38,409 bases of DNA from Asterionella formosa (Eukaryota): positions 1 to 38,409 of the forward strand of contig NKIB01015078.1 in NCBI GenBank assembly GCA_002256025.1, given 5' to 3'. A model generated the notes under the pieces. That model saw only the letters and a program-made list of their open reading frames with translations. It was not told where the DNA came from and did no database searches. The position numbers were made by a program, and so were the translations under genes. Below, one piece after another: positions 1 through 11,476 of the stretch (positions are counted from its first letter, which is position 1; each line of letters starts with the position of its first letter).

Positions 1-107
1 AACACAAAAAGACTGCATTTAAGGCGAGCAAAGCGATCACCGCGACGTTCCGTTGATTCGTCGTCATCGTCATCATCCATGGGATTTTCTCTATGATGTA
101 CAAACAT
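1..107 (-). CDS. possible 5' end of a gene running off the left edge (MFVHHRENPMDDDDDDESTERRGDRFARLK...)
   Basis: Open frame from ATG at 107 (second ATG at 80) to the window edge; a GTAC-palindrome cluster lies upstream as for other genes here. No homology recognised. Confidence 0.2.
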   Translation of the reverse strand, partial: MFVHHRENPMDDDDDDESTERRGDRFARLKCSLFV

Positions 108-390
108 TTCGATGCCTTCCTGAGTACAGGTATTCCCCACTATAGTACAGTAAGCAAAATCTATCAAAAGGGCGGGCTACCAGGTACTCCGGAGTACCCG
201 GTACTTACCCTTGTAGAACCTGGTTCCTGGTACCGGGGACACCCGGAAAACGTGCTTTAAAACCGAGTAACGGGATTTTGGGGGGTTAAATGGTATTATC
301 TATTTAGACAGAACTGAATAAAGATATTGAGACCGCGTCGTGCAAGGGCTGGCATGCTTCCGTGGAGGCTTGATTTGTGCTTGTGACCCT

Positions 391-500
391 TGCTGCTTAA
401 GTTAAAAGTGAATAAGCATTAGGTGCTTAAGTTAAATTAAAATAAGCATTTTAACTCAGCTAAGCACCAAACACTTGTTTACTTTCAACTTAAACAAGCA
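391..500. repeat. imperfect ~110-bp fold-back palindrome (MITE-like)
   Basis: TGCTGCTTAAGTTAAAAGTGAATAAGCATTAGGTGCTTAAGTTAAATTAAAAT is inversely repeated as ATTTTAACTCAGCTAAGCACCAAACACTTGTTTACTTTCAACTTAAACAAGCA around a ~4-nt loop; the left arm also has an internal direct repeat (TGCTTAAGTTAAA...AATAAGCATT). Confidence 0.7.
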
Positions 501-2640
501 TATGGTCTGTATAGAAGAGACTATAAGGTTAACGTTATATAGGACTTACACCATGTAGTTGTTTAGTATATCTAGCATGGTACATACTGTACCATGATAG
601 GTTTTGCAGTATTTATGGATTGTAATGCATAATATAGAATTAGTGTTATCTACCTAAATACTAGTTATTTAATTGATAAGCTCAAGACAATTTCATTTTG
701 TTAAACTTGGAAGGCAAGCAAGAGTTGGAGCCTGCCTTCTCCTTTCCCTTGCATTGAGTGCTGAGTAGTCCAGCAGGACAACAATTCCAAAAGAAATGAA
801 CACAATCAATAGCTAGATCCAACATTCTTTGGCCTTGACAATGTATTGAGTGTAGAAATATGACCTATTTGATGATGATTCAGGACCAAACTAATACCTT
901 TACCTCTTCTTTAGAACATCATTCAGCACCGATGTCTTTTCTTCATCTTCTGAGCTAGACTACCCTCAGAAATCAATTCCAACACCTCATTGACTACAAT
1001 ATCGTAGACAATTTCTTGCCAAGGATCAGCAGTACAATCCCTCTGGGAGGACAGCAGCCAAGGGGAGCGAACAAGGAGACCATGGCAGATAAGTGAGCAA
1101 TTGTTGATTGCAATTGTAAGCATGTAAGCATGAATCTAAATATAATTACAGGTTTTAATATATACATAGATGAAAGAGTCGATCTAGTCAAATTCTGTTA
1201 TTAATGTTATTCTATTTAGTTCTTTGGGTGTGAAATCAATTTCCAAACATTATTAAAGTTTCCAAAGAAAATCTTGTGCGTCGGGAAAATCGTCGATTTT
1301 CCCGATGTGACAGAAAATATTTTGAGTTTTGGGACAACAAAACCCAGAAAACTGAAGTTTCCGACGTGGCAAGGAACAGTTTTCAGGAAAAGGTCACAGG
1401 AAATTTGAGTCACGAGTTACCTTCCAGAGCGGTTAGCAATGGCCTTAGTAAAAATCGAAAAATTGCTTTTTCATCTAGATTCAACCTCGTGTCAGGTTTT
1501 CCAAATAAGCAAAGGCAAAGCAAAGAGCGCAACACACACTTGAACCCGGATTTCACGAGTAAAACAAAAATGTACAACTCTAAAATAAATGGAGCTTTCA
1601 ACTTTTGACAACTTCTTAAAAAGCTAAGGTACTGTCATTTTTGGTCGAAATGTGGGTATAAAACGTCAGGATGTAGGATCTGGTGAGAATGTCAGAAAGA
1701 AACTTCCGTCATTTTTCTATAAATACTAGAATATGCAGGGTCAAATGGGTTAAGGTGACCAAAGCTCCTTCTGCACCTTCTTGCTAGAAGTTATAACTGA
1801 TGCTATTAACGTTACCTCTCTATTTTATTTGCCTTCAAACCCACGCCAATAAAAGTTGACAAAATCGGCCTTTCTAACAGTTTTCAAAATATTGGAATCC
1901 GAAAGACCATGTGCCAAAATGTCCTCATTGGAATAATAGGAGTCTTGTGAAGAAATTCTATTCGCAAAATCTCCTGCATATATGCCTACATGCCAATTTC
2001 AAAATTTTCTAATAATTCAAACGGAGTCATTTTGTTCAAAACTGCAAAATTAGTTCCTAAACATTCCTAATTCCAAGGGAATTCGGCAACCATAGGCAGT
2101 TTTGATGTTTTGCCTCAGGTTCAAGTGCAGGAAGCTTCCTCATATGCTTAATGGAAGTTTTGCGAAGAATGATGCTGCAGGCTAGGAGATGATCGTAAAA
2201 TTTCAGTCTTGCATACAAAACAGAACTCTGAATTTACAAAGCCAAGTTTGAATGATGCTGTCCTCAAGGATGAGATCAATTTCCAAATGCGGCTCCACTT
2301 GTCATGACGCAAATCACTGATTATGAACAAAAACAAAGAAAATAGATAGGGCCTCAGATGATTGTTCTTTTCATGAACTGGATATGATCATATCCAATGT
2401 GTGGAAATTGTGCCATTGGGATGATGAGCTCATCAGTTGGAGAACTTTTGCTAACACCTGAAAAGGAGATGAATCAGATGATGAGTGCTTGAATTACCAT
2501 GATTTCAATATTTATGAAGGTCATTGGTATTTCCTTCAACCATTTGAACCAAGGATTCATCCTTCTTTGATTAGCTCTCATTTTAATCTGTTGAATTTTG
2601 TTGTCAACCAGGACATCAATCCAAACTGGGTTAACCTATA
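500..2640. mobile_element. AT-rich, probably transposon-derived non-coding tract
   Basis: Low GC, only short stop-riddled ORFs; ...GGGTCAAATGGGTTAA at 1738-1753 resembles a piggyBac-type end, but no matching left end or transposase is seen. Confidence 0.3.
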
Positions 2641-2729
2641 AGTGAATAACCGAAAGCAACATGCATTGCGTGAATACAGAGTACTAGCACTTCAACCATT
2701 CATAAAAAGACTAGAATATCATCAATGCC

Positions 2730-3587
2730 CTATTCCATATCCTGCATTGACGTTAAATCCAGACTCTTGTACGTTTCCACATTTAAAATACTTGCTCCTC
2801 CAAAGTAATCAATCAACCAAATATCTTGCACATCTACTTTGGCCACTACCCAATTGTGATCCTGTGGCCAATCCTCCATACTCCCGTGTCGCTGGAATAG
2901 CGATCGCTTGGCAAAGTGGTATTCTTCGTCGTCTTCCTTCAAGAGTACGAGCACTCCTGACAGTACTAATCTTGCACAAACGGGATTTTCTGGATCGCCA
3001 TACGCCCCAGAAACAATGGCACACGATGGGAGTGCTTCTGCTCCACAAACGGATGATAGCGAAGCTTCACTCAGGGACAAGGATACAGCTGTATTTTCCT
3101 TAGCGTCCAAAAAGGATTGATCCATAAAAGTTCCGTAGAAGTAAGGAGTCCCCGTGGAGTTATTGCAGGTGCCGTCGGCAAAGCTGTACACGTTACCAAA
3201 GGGAACTGGTAGGGAAGCAGTGGTGGTGGTAGTCCCTCGAGTTTCGATGAGACCACCGTCAGTTTTCAAAAGACGAGTCGAGATGGTGGATAGAATTCCC
3301 CAATCGAGAGAATGGACCATCCAGCTGTGTTTGTTCACACCAGATAAACATTTTCAAAGTGAGAACGCACGGTGGGTTGAATCAAGCGCCGCCCGCGTCA
3401 TGCAGTTTTTTCATGTGACGTACCGAGCCGTTTCTTCTTTGTGCTCCAAACCAGGCTTGTTCAGAATCGTGCATGGGCACTCAATGCTGACATCTTTCTC
3501 GGCGGCCGATAATGATGACAATGATGAATGCAATAAAACCAGGAAAAGGAGAAAGGAACGGGTTGCTGTCATGGTGACGGTGATCAT
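2730..3587 (-). CDS. CREG-family secreted protein (split-barrel, pyridoxamine 5'-phosphate oxidase-like); exons 3587-3424 and 3324-2730
   Basis: Exon 1 has a signal peptide (MTATRSFLLFLVLLHSSLSSLSA; ATG at 3587 or 3572); the 99-bp GT..AG intron joins ETAR|WMVHSLDWGILSTIS; motifs PFGNVYSFADG, GTPYFY, DPENPVCARL, RHGSMEDWPQDHNW, WLIDYFGGA. Confidence 0.9.
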
Positions 3588-4403
3588 GTCAGTGTAAATG
3601 CTGTCTCATACTCTTCTCCAATTAAAAAAAAAATTTCTCGCTGACGAAGATGTGTCAGCATAGGATCGCGGTTCGAACATTTACAGCCAAAAACGGCCGA
3701 TTTTGTACATTACCAGTGGTTAATTAATTTCTACTGTTCTTTTTGGATTCGTATGTTTGGCCTGAAACCTGAAATGATAGTTTTAGTGCTATGACCCAAT
3801 TCAAAATGTAGCTGTTTGTTGATAAAGCGCCCATCATCCAAGATAATAACCAGTAATAGGATACAAGATGGTTGTAGTATTCTATGCTCTTGTGAAGACT
3901 CCACAATAGGGGTGTGGCTTGATTCACGCCTTAAGCCCAGACATGCTTGGAGTGTGAATGCTGAAGAGATGGGTAACCTTCGGTCTCCTAGAGTTTGCAA
4001 AATGGAGTGACATATAGGTATGAAAATATATAAATGGAAGGAGAATGAGGGGTGGGTCCATGGGCCTCGAAGGCTTTTGGAGAAAAGGGGTGAAAAATGG
4101 TAGGAATCAACCATGAAGTTGCATCTGAAAGGCTTCCAGGAGTCATCTCAAAGTTAATACTACAATCTTTTGCTTTCACTCTAAAATATTAACTTTCCTA
4201 GCTATATTCCTCCACATCTCTGTAACCGAAAATATCTTATGCTGAAAACTAGCTAAACATATTGGATGGTAGATCTTGAGGGCAACCTAATAGGTGACAA
4301 TCCTTCGAGCAGGGGAAATACTTAGCAACATCTACTTCACTTGCCTATACGCTCGAAGAATTGCACATGGGCTTCAAATGGGCTTTCTATATGATAAACG
4401 CTT

Positions 4404-7400
4404 CTAGAATCGTGCGCCACCTCCTGCTGGTCCGTATTGGGTGTTTCGTTGTGGAGCTGTGCTGGGTCCATATGTCAAGTCAAATGATGTTCCCAGTCTA
4501 CCAGTCTCCTTGGCAAAATTCACTCGAAGGACTCCACCATTGACCATTGTTCCCATTAAGGCTTCACGTGCAACCACGGCATGCATGCGATCTCCAGTGT
4601 TTACAAAAGTAAAACTGCCCTTCATCACACACCCTGTGACAATTGCGTGCTGACTAAAAATGTCTCGGAGCATACCCTCAGACGTACCTGGACCATATCC
4701 GGCAACAAACAGGTTTTTCGTAGCAGGGTTGCCACGATCGTCACGGACGGCATTGACATCAATTCCACCTCGAGGAGGAGGAGGTCCCAATGGTGCCGGT
4801 GGTGGACCCCTCGGAGGTGGGGCGGCACCTGCTGGGCCATATGTAGACGCTGGAGCGCCCCCGTAGCCTTGAGAAGGAGCGGGTACAATGCTTCCATACG
4901 AAGGCGCGGGAACACCACCATAAACTGGTGCAGCCGGCGGGATTGCGCTAACGGGTGCTTGCCCTCCATACGTTACATTTCCAGAGCCTGGAACACCACC
5001 AAAGGTAGTGGCGATCGTGACGTCTCGGTTTCGACGCTGAGCCAAGTTGATCCGAATCTGCATACCACCTAGATATGTTCCGTTCAAGGCTTCGCGGGCA
5101 CGCGCGGCTCCATCAGGATCACGGGTGTTGACGAAACAAAACGTTCCCTTCATGACTACCTCGTGTACGTGAACGTAAGGTGCGAACATCTGAATAATCT
5201 CAGCTTGCGAGGTCATCGGACCGAATCCACTCACATGTAGATTGCCCTCGGAATTATGCGAGTCGGAATGGAAACTGCCACCATGGGCTGATCCTCCGCT
5301 CCTCGGGAGGGCAGTACCACCAGCGGGACCATAAGGATTGGCAGTGTATGCTCTGGCAGCGGGAGGTGGTGCATAAGACGACAAAAGCCCACCTTGCGGT
5401 GGAGGGGGTTGACCATAACTATTGTGCTGCGGTTGGTAGCTATGAGCTGGCTGCTGTGTAGGAGCCATACTTTGACTTAGAGTGTGAACTAATGCCGTTA
5501 GTCGGGGTTGGTCATACATGCCGCTGGCATCGACAAAAGTGTTCAACAAGCTTGGAGTGCTGGCCAATGTTTGAAGTGCCTGCTGGTTGGATCCAACCAG
5601 GAACATGGGAAGTCCAAGAGAGGCTACGAAATCTACAGAAGCTCCACCCATGCTGTTTACAGGTGGAGGCGGAGGAGCTCCATAGGCGGACATTGGCATC
5701 ATCGACATCGGAGTAGGTGTAATAGCCACTGGCGCCGGTGCAGGGGCTTGAGGGACGAAGAATGGAATGGTCGCAACTATCGCAGAGGCTTGTGAAGTCA
5801 TATCCAGAGCTTGTTCGACGTCACTCATCGAAGCTGGATTTACTGGAACGTCGTATTCGTTGCGATATCTTGCTGGAGCAACATTTTTCATGCGGTCAGC
5901 CTGGACCTGCACTTCTTTTGAATCAAGCGTAGCCGTTGTCACGTCCGAGCGTTCCGGAAGGAGTCGCGGTGGATTCCATGAGGTTGTCGGTTCTATGGAT
6001 GACGAGAGGTTTGCAGTTCCATATGACAGATCGTCGTCCTCGTCGGTGAGCTTCGATCTTTTCGCCTGGGCCAGCAGCTCTTTTTCACGGAGTCTGTCTC
6101 GTTTCTTCCTATCTTGCCAGGAAGCGCCTGCCACTTCAACTTCATAGTCATTGCTTGGTTGATCGCCATTGTTGCTCTCAATTTCTCGAAAGGCGTCCAA
6201 CATACCACCAAAGTGGTCTGCCCACTTGACTCGCTTGTTTGATTTTGGTTTTGTTGGCAAGCCATTTTGTTCGGTTGCCGACACAGCAGGAGCGCCAGGT
6301 GTAGCAGGAGTGAACGGAGGCTTTGAGAGAGGTACATGCTTTGATGGAGGTGATGCTGCCACTTTCTTCATCAAGCTTGCAAACGATGAAGATTCTGTCT
6401 TCGCCTTCTTGCTCACGTTGGGGTTGATAATATCCTGGTCATACTCGCGCTTTGTTGAATCCGGTGAGCTCTACAACAGCAATGTTGAATATTCCGTGTG
6501 AGATAATATCAAGTAATGCGCAAAGTCAACTCCTAGTTGTACATACCTTCTCTCCGAGCGCTTTGACGGAAGCATTCCAAGCTTCCTTGACAGCTGCAAC
6601 TCGCGTTTGAATGGCATCTTCGTTCCCGGATCCAACACAAATTCTGTGTTTTTCGATCGTACCAATTACCTTGCCCATTCCGGAAGATTTGACGACCGAT
6701 TTTGTAACAGGTAAACCTCGAATGCTGCTTAGCATGTGCAGTAGGAGGTCCATGCCGCCGACAATTTCGTTTAGAATATCATCAACCCATGACTTAAAAG
6801 CGACTAAGACACCAGCATCAAGGACTTGTCTCAATGTTTCGTTATTAGAAGGAGTAGACCCAACAATCGCAACAACAACAGCCCGGCGCTGCTCCAAAGT
6901 CAAAGCTTTGCTGGCTGGATCCAACGAGCCAGGGATACTGTCAATACTGCTGGTCATCTATACAAAGAAAAGAAACAAAGAACAAGGTTAGACTGACGAA
7001 GTCAAAATGACGGGGATGTAGACGAGACGATAAAGGGGAATCAGTTGATGTCAAGTTCGATCATAACTCGCAGTTGACCAGAACAGTGAGACATATTGAG
7101 TTTCGTAGTGCCTTGCTAGGGGGTGCTACTTGAGAATGAAACCTGTATGGAAATTCGGGTCTATTGGGTATCATATTTTGCCAACCTGAAACAAATCTGG
7201 GTTCGTCGCTTTGATAAAGCTAGAAACTAGATAGCTGAATCATATCTTAAGATGCTGTGCTTACAACCAAATGTCAGTCAAGGGCTCCGTTGTCTGGAAT
7301 CGATATGGTTGGTATTGATATCAAGTCTGATCATGAGGCGTATGTGACCGCAACATTTAAAAGAGTGTAAAGTTTCGGTTTACCATGCTAGGAGGTGCTA

Positions 7401-9100
7401 CTTGAGACTGCTCGGTGACTTCTCGAAATTCATGGAGGCTAGTCGGGTGCGTCGCCAACATAAAAACGTTTCTGCATTCGTCACGTCGATAAAGCTAGAG
7501 TCTACATAGCTGAATCAAACTTAGTTGCTCTTGAAGTTACTTCAACAACTTCATTCAAATTGTCATTCGTTGAAATCGATTTCGCAAGTGGGCCCATTAC
7601 GAGTTATGCAACGAATGGATTCACCACAAAACCCATGAAGACTACCAAGCACGTGTAAGCTCAAATTATCCCAAAACCATGCAAAAGGATGCCCTTTTGA
7701 AATCAACTTATCCAGCAATCTAACCAAGTCTGCTTATGTAGTGTGGACGACCACAACAACTAAGATTGTTGAGTTCCGGTATGCCATGCTAGAAGGTGCT
7801 ACTTCAGAAAGTTCACGCCTAATAGGTTGAACACCATTCTCCAACATGATTAGTGGCTCTGTGTTCGTGGCTTCGATAGAGCTAGATTCTAGATATCTGA
7901 AGCAAACTTAGAAGCTGTTGATGTTACTCCAGCAACTCGACTTCGGTGGTATGTTTGTCACATTCAAGTGACCACACAAATGGAACATCCACAAGGGCTA
8001 ATACCCCGAAAATGGACAGCTCCCAAAAAGTCACCGTCGAGGAACTAGGCCATAAGCGACACGGCTACTCCCGGTCTAAGTCTATCCCAAGCTCGTTGTA
8101 GCAGAGAACTAGAAAGAATCATCCCCGGCAAATAATGCTAATTGCGTGGTCCTTGCTCGTTACAGTTTGAGAGGGAAAATTCCCGATGAATATCATGTAT
8201 TTGAATCAGTTATTAACCGAGAAATTTCAGCAGGAAATGGCTCAGTAGAAACGACATTAACGGAAGAGCAATTCTCTGATGATTTCACCCCTAAAGACGG
8301 AGAACGAAGCCATCACAGAAAATAGCCAACAGGTTCGCGGGTGACCCCGACAGAACCACAGAGTATTTTGGTTCCTTGAGTAAACTAGCCTTACACCCAG
8401 GATCCTAGGTGGACAACGAGAAGGCAACACATGGGGTTGATCTTGAACTCCATTGAGGAGGTGGCAATGACCAGATAAACTAAGTTGCGATGGATACATC
8501 GAGCATAGATTCATTTATGGCCGGTCAAGTCAAGTAGGAATTGGACAACAGAGCCAAAATTCCGTGGATGGCATGATAGTGGCAGATTCTCGTGCTTCAT
8601 AACGAAAAACCCGACTTGACGATGATATTGGTAGTGTCCAATTTCAGAAAGCAAGAAATTATTTCGTCAACGACGCCCTCCATATCCAAAAAGGCGCGCC
8701 AAGGGATAAGATCATAGAGAGCACCCAATGTCCAACAAAACTCTTTTGGGAAAAGCGATAACAACGCACACTCGATTTCAACGATAAATTTAATAAATAG
8801 GACAACTCACCTTCAACAGTTTCTCAAAGTCTGCTTCTACTTGAGCATCTGTTCCGAGACACAAGCCTACAAAAACAAAAACGGACAAAAGGGTCAGTTG
8901 CATTACGTGAGAAAATTAAAGTTGTCTGCGCACGGAGACTGCACCAATGACTTTCAGATAAACACACCTGAAGGAATCGTGGGGTCTAAAACCATTTGGA
9001 CGGTTTCGTCGAAGTTGTCTTCATTTGTTGCACGTTCTTCAATGAGTAGCGATGGAGGGCATGTCCCTACACCCTTCACTCTTTGGAGAATGCTGGTCAT
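4404..9100 (-). CDS. PNUTS/PPP1R10-like nuclear protein: TFIIS N-terminal-like domain, RVKW PP1-docking motif, Pro/Gly-rich region, two RRMs (~888 aa); exons 9100-8968, 8866-8811, 6957-6547, 6470-4404
   Basis: GT-AG introns (101, 1853 and 76 bp) give one continuous frame; LLHMLSSIRGLPVTKSVVKSSGMGKVI...WN fits TFIIS-N; KRVKWAD; RRM RNP2/RNP1 motifs NLHVSGF..KGTFCFVN and NLFVAGY..KGSFTFVN. Confidence 0.8.
7076..7920. repeat. three diverged ~170-185-nt structured units inside the long intron (about 7076-7257, 7346-7529, 7749-7920)
   Basis: Shared blocks CC(A/T)TGCTAG.(A/G)GGTGCTACTT(G/C)AGA, CCAAC(A/C)T and TTCGT....T.GATA(A/G)AGCTAGA..CTA.ATA.CTGAA.CA...CTTA occur in the same order in all three copies. 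Confidence 0.8.
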
Positions 9101-9354
9101 GATGAAAGGGGACAGCGGTGGCTCAAAAAAGTGGCGCTGCGAAGGTTGTGTTTACTATAATGCTGACGCCGCGTTTTTGAAGCCTTATCTCACATTTCCT
9201 TCTTACATACGTAGCTGTAAGTAGAAATGTCTGTCTGTCTGACTGTCAGCATGTGTTGGTTCTCGTCCTGCATAGAAATCTAAAGCCGTTTTTGTTCAAG
9301 AAGGTCGGCACTATCCTCACCGTTAACAAGCGCCCGTATGATTGACATCATTGT

Positions 9355-9500
9355 GCTGGTACTGGTACTGGTACCAGGGTACCTTGGTACCAGCAGTTAC
9401 CAGGCTCACCAGTTACTGGTGCCAGTACAAGGAATGCCAGGTAGTTAGTATGTAATACCAGGTAGCACTCATACCGGTAGTTGTACTTGTCTTGGTACTT
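9355..9500. repeat. GTAC/CCAGGTACC low-complexity palindrome cluster upstream of the PNUTS-like gene
   Basis: CTGGTACTGGTACTGGTACCAGGGTACCTTGGTACCAG...TACCAGGTAG...TACCGGTAG. Confidence 0.7.
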
Positions 9501-9714
9501 GTTGTTACCTTTGTTTGACTTGAGACTGATTTTCTAGCCTATGATTGAATGAAACAGCATGATCAACATGGGAAAATCCCAAATCAATTTGACTACCGGT
9601 AGGTATGGATTCTTCGTATATAATTGCAATTTCAGAGCTTAATATTGAATCAAAGTGTATAAGATCATCACGCACACAAATTGACAATTAATTTCTCACA
9701 TTTTCAACCAACCC

Positions 9715-10608
9715 TTAATCCTCCATATTATTCCTACTAAACCACGAAAACGTTGTTTTTGTTTGTCCAAGGACTGGATAAAATGCATCTCGTTCGTCCC
9801 CCACGATTGGATTGACTTGCCATGTTGCCGTCACAAGCGACGCTGCCACTGCAAACCATACCATTGGTAATCCAAGCAAGTTTCCTGCCATGCCATTTAC
9901 CTCATGATATTGAAATGCAGCATTCAAAGCACTTGCGGTGACACACAATACTCCAGTTACAGCTGCCCCAAACCTACGTTCGGTATTGTTAATCGTATTC
10001 CATACATCACCGACACATAAATGAAAGATGAATGCCATAATGGCTGGATGGAGGAATGCTTGAGTTTCTGTATATACCAATGCCGATGAATATGCCCGAA
10101 GGGGTCCTATAATGAGTAACCACATGATGGGAAAGACAGGACCTGGGGGTGTCCAGGATGGCATGATGCGATCTCTCAAGCCAACAGTGGGCGGCCCTCC
10201 TTCCTTCATGGCGTTTTGCAAGTTTGGTCGCTGATTGTTTAGTGGGTTGAATACTCTAGATTTGAGCGAAATGCCATAAAAGAGTGCGACGAGGACTGGG
10301 AAGGGTACTTGGACTCCGATGGCTCCGACCGCAGCGTCCAGTGCAAGGAAGAATGCAGCAAAGCAGGTCATTTGAATGGCGACTGCGCCATGGTATTTAA
10401 GAATGGCATCGAAATCCACTTGCGGGGACGCTTGTATCTGTTCTGATTTGGTAGAGGATAGATGTAGTCTTATGGTAGGAGCAGTGGATGTAGAAACAAC
10501 GGTTGGATTCCTCCGCAAGGAGGCGCGAGGAGCCCCTCCAACTGTAAATGCCAAAATACTCGGCGCCGCCAGCAGGAGAAAGCACGAGAAAAGCAGCTGT
10601 CTGGTCAT
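9715..10608 (-). CDS. TspO/MBR-family tryptophan-rich membrane protein, probably plastid-targeted
   Basis: 297-aa intronless ORF; signal peptide ending ILA|F followed by an S/T/R-rich transit peptide; TspO motifs PSWTPPGPVFPIMW, WNTIN, LLGLPMVWFAVAASL; several TM helices. Confidence 0.85.
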   Translation of the reverse strand: MTRQLLFSCFLLLAAPSILAFTVGGAPRASLRRNPTVVSTSTAPTIRLHLSSTKSEQIQASPQVDFDAILKYHGAVAIQMTCFAAFFLALDAAVGAIGVQVPFPVLVALFYGISLKSRVFNPLNNQRPNLQNAMKEGGPPTVGLRDRIMPSWTPPGPVFPIMWLLIIGPLRAYSSALVYTETQAFLHPAIMAFIFHLCVGDVWNTINNTERRFGAAVTGVLCVTASALNAAFQYHEVNGMAGNLLGLPMVWFAVAASLVTATWQVNPIVGDERDAFYPVLGQTKTTFSWFSRNNMED

Positions 10609-10964
10609 GATACAAAATCAATCGGTCCTCAGGAGCACTTCGCTGAGAAGGTGTGAAAAATAAGAAACACCAGCACTACTATTACATTTTTTTCGTGAAA
10701 GATCATAGTACCGGTATGACGATGCTGGACGGCGTTCACATACCGTGGTATCTGGTACATTCATTGTTTCTTATCCACGAAGATCCCGTCAGATCAACAA
10801 AGCAGCTGAGAAAAAATCCTAGCTAAAATAACGGGAATTGTGGTAGGAGTAGGAACAATAATTGTCGTCTTGCCGCTGTCAGCCGCTGGTGCAATTCTAA
10901 ATCCCTCTGCCTTCTTGCTTTTGCTTGTACTGTATGCATGTGTGCGCATCTATGTAGTAAGGAT

Positions 10965-11285
10965 TACAGGTACCCGGTACTCGGAGTATTATGGCCGTAG
11001 GGTACCAGGTACCTGGTACTAGGAATACTGACTAACAGGTACCAGGTAGAGTACCTAGTAGCAGGTACAAGGTACTGTACTCCAAGTATCAGGACCAGTT
11101 ACCCACCCCGGTAACAGGTACCTGGTACCATACCTTGCAGGTGGTACGAGGTCAAGAATCTAAGAACTAGGAGTATTAGTAGCGAGATCGCTCACCAGGT
11201 ACAGCAACTAGTATCGTATTACAGCAGCAGGTACCGTACCAGGTAACAGGTCCTTGTGTGTACCAGGTCGGAGTACCGGTAAAAG
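10965..11285. repeat. dense cluster of CCAGGTACCTGG/GGTACC palindromes between divergent TspO and panC
   Basis: GGGTACCAGGTACCTGGTAC, CAGGTACCAGGTAG, CAGGTACCTGGTACC, GGTACCGTACCAGGTA, GTACCGGTA. Confidence 0.75.
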
Positions 11286-11476
11286 ACAGTTCGTAATATG
11301 AGGAAAACATGGCTAAATTTCTTTCGAACAACCATCATCACAGCAAACAATAACCCAACAAAAAGACGATGATGACATTTATTTTCTTGGATTCGCACAA
11401 ACCGACAATAATAGCCATTCAGGCACAAGTGCATAGAGACAGACAATAACCACTTCAAACATTCCATAACAAAATC

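Noticed and set aside
1738..1753. piggyBac terminal repeat (GGGTTAA)
   Set aside because: No matching inverted end or transposase was found in the window.
2642..3597. Plus-strand ORFs 2642-3103 and 3154-3597, and similar antisense ORFs over other genes
   Set aside because: Shadow frames of well-supported genes on the opposite strand; no motifs.
3724..4260. Short ORFs between CREG and the PNUTS-like gene
   Set aside because: AT-rich with no recognisable domain; likely decayed repeat.
7076..7920. Box C/D or H/ACA snoRNA cluster
   Set aside because: CTGA is conserved only on the strand antisense to the host gene, and there is no consistent RTGATGA box or H/ACA layout, so it was left unclassified.
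8257..8514. 85-aa ORF within the long intron
   Set aside because: No motif and no splice support.
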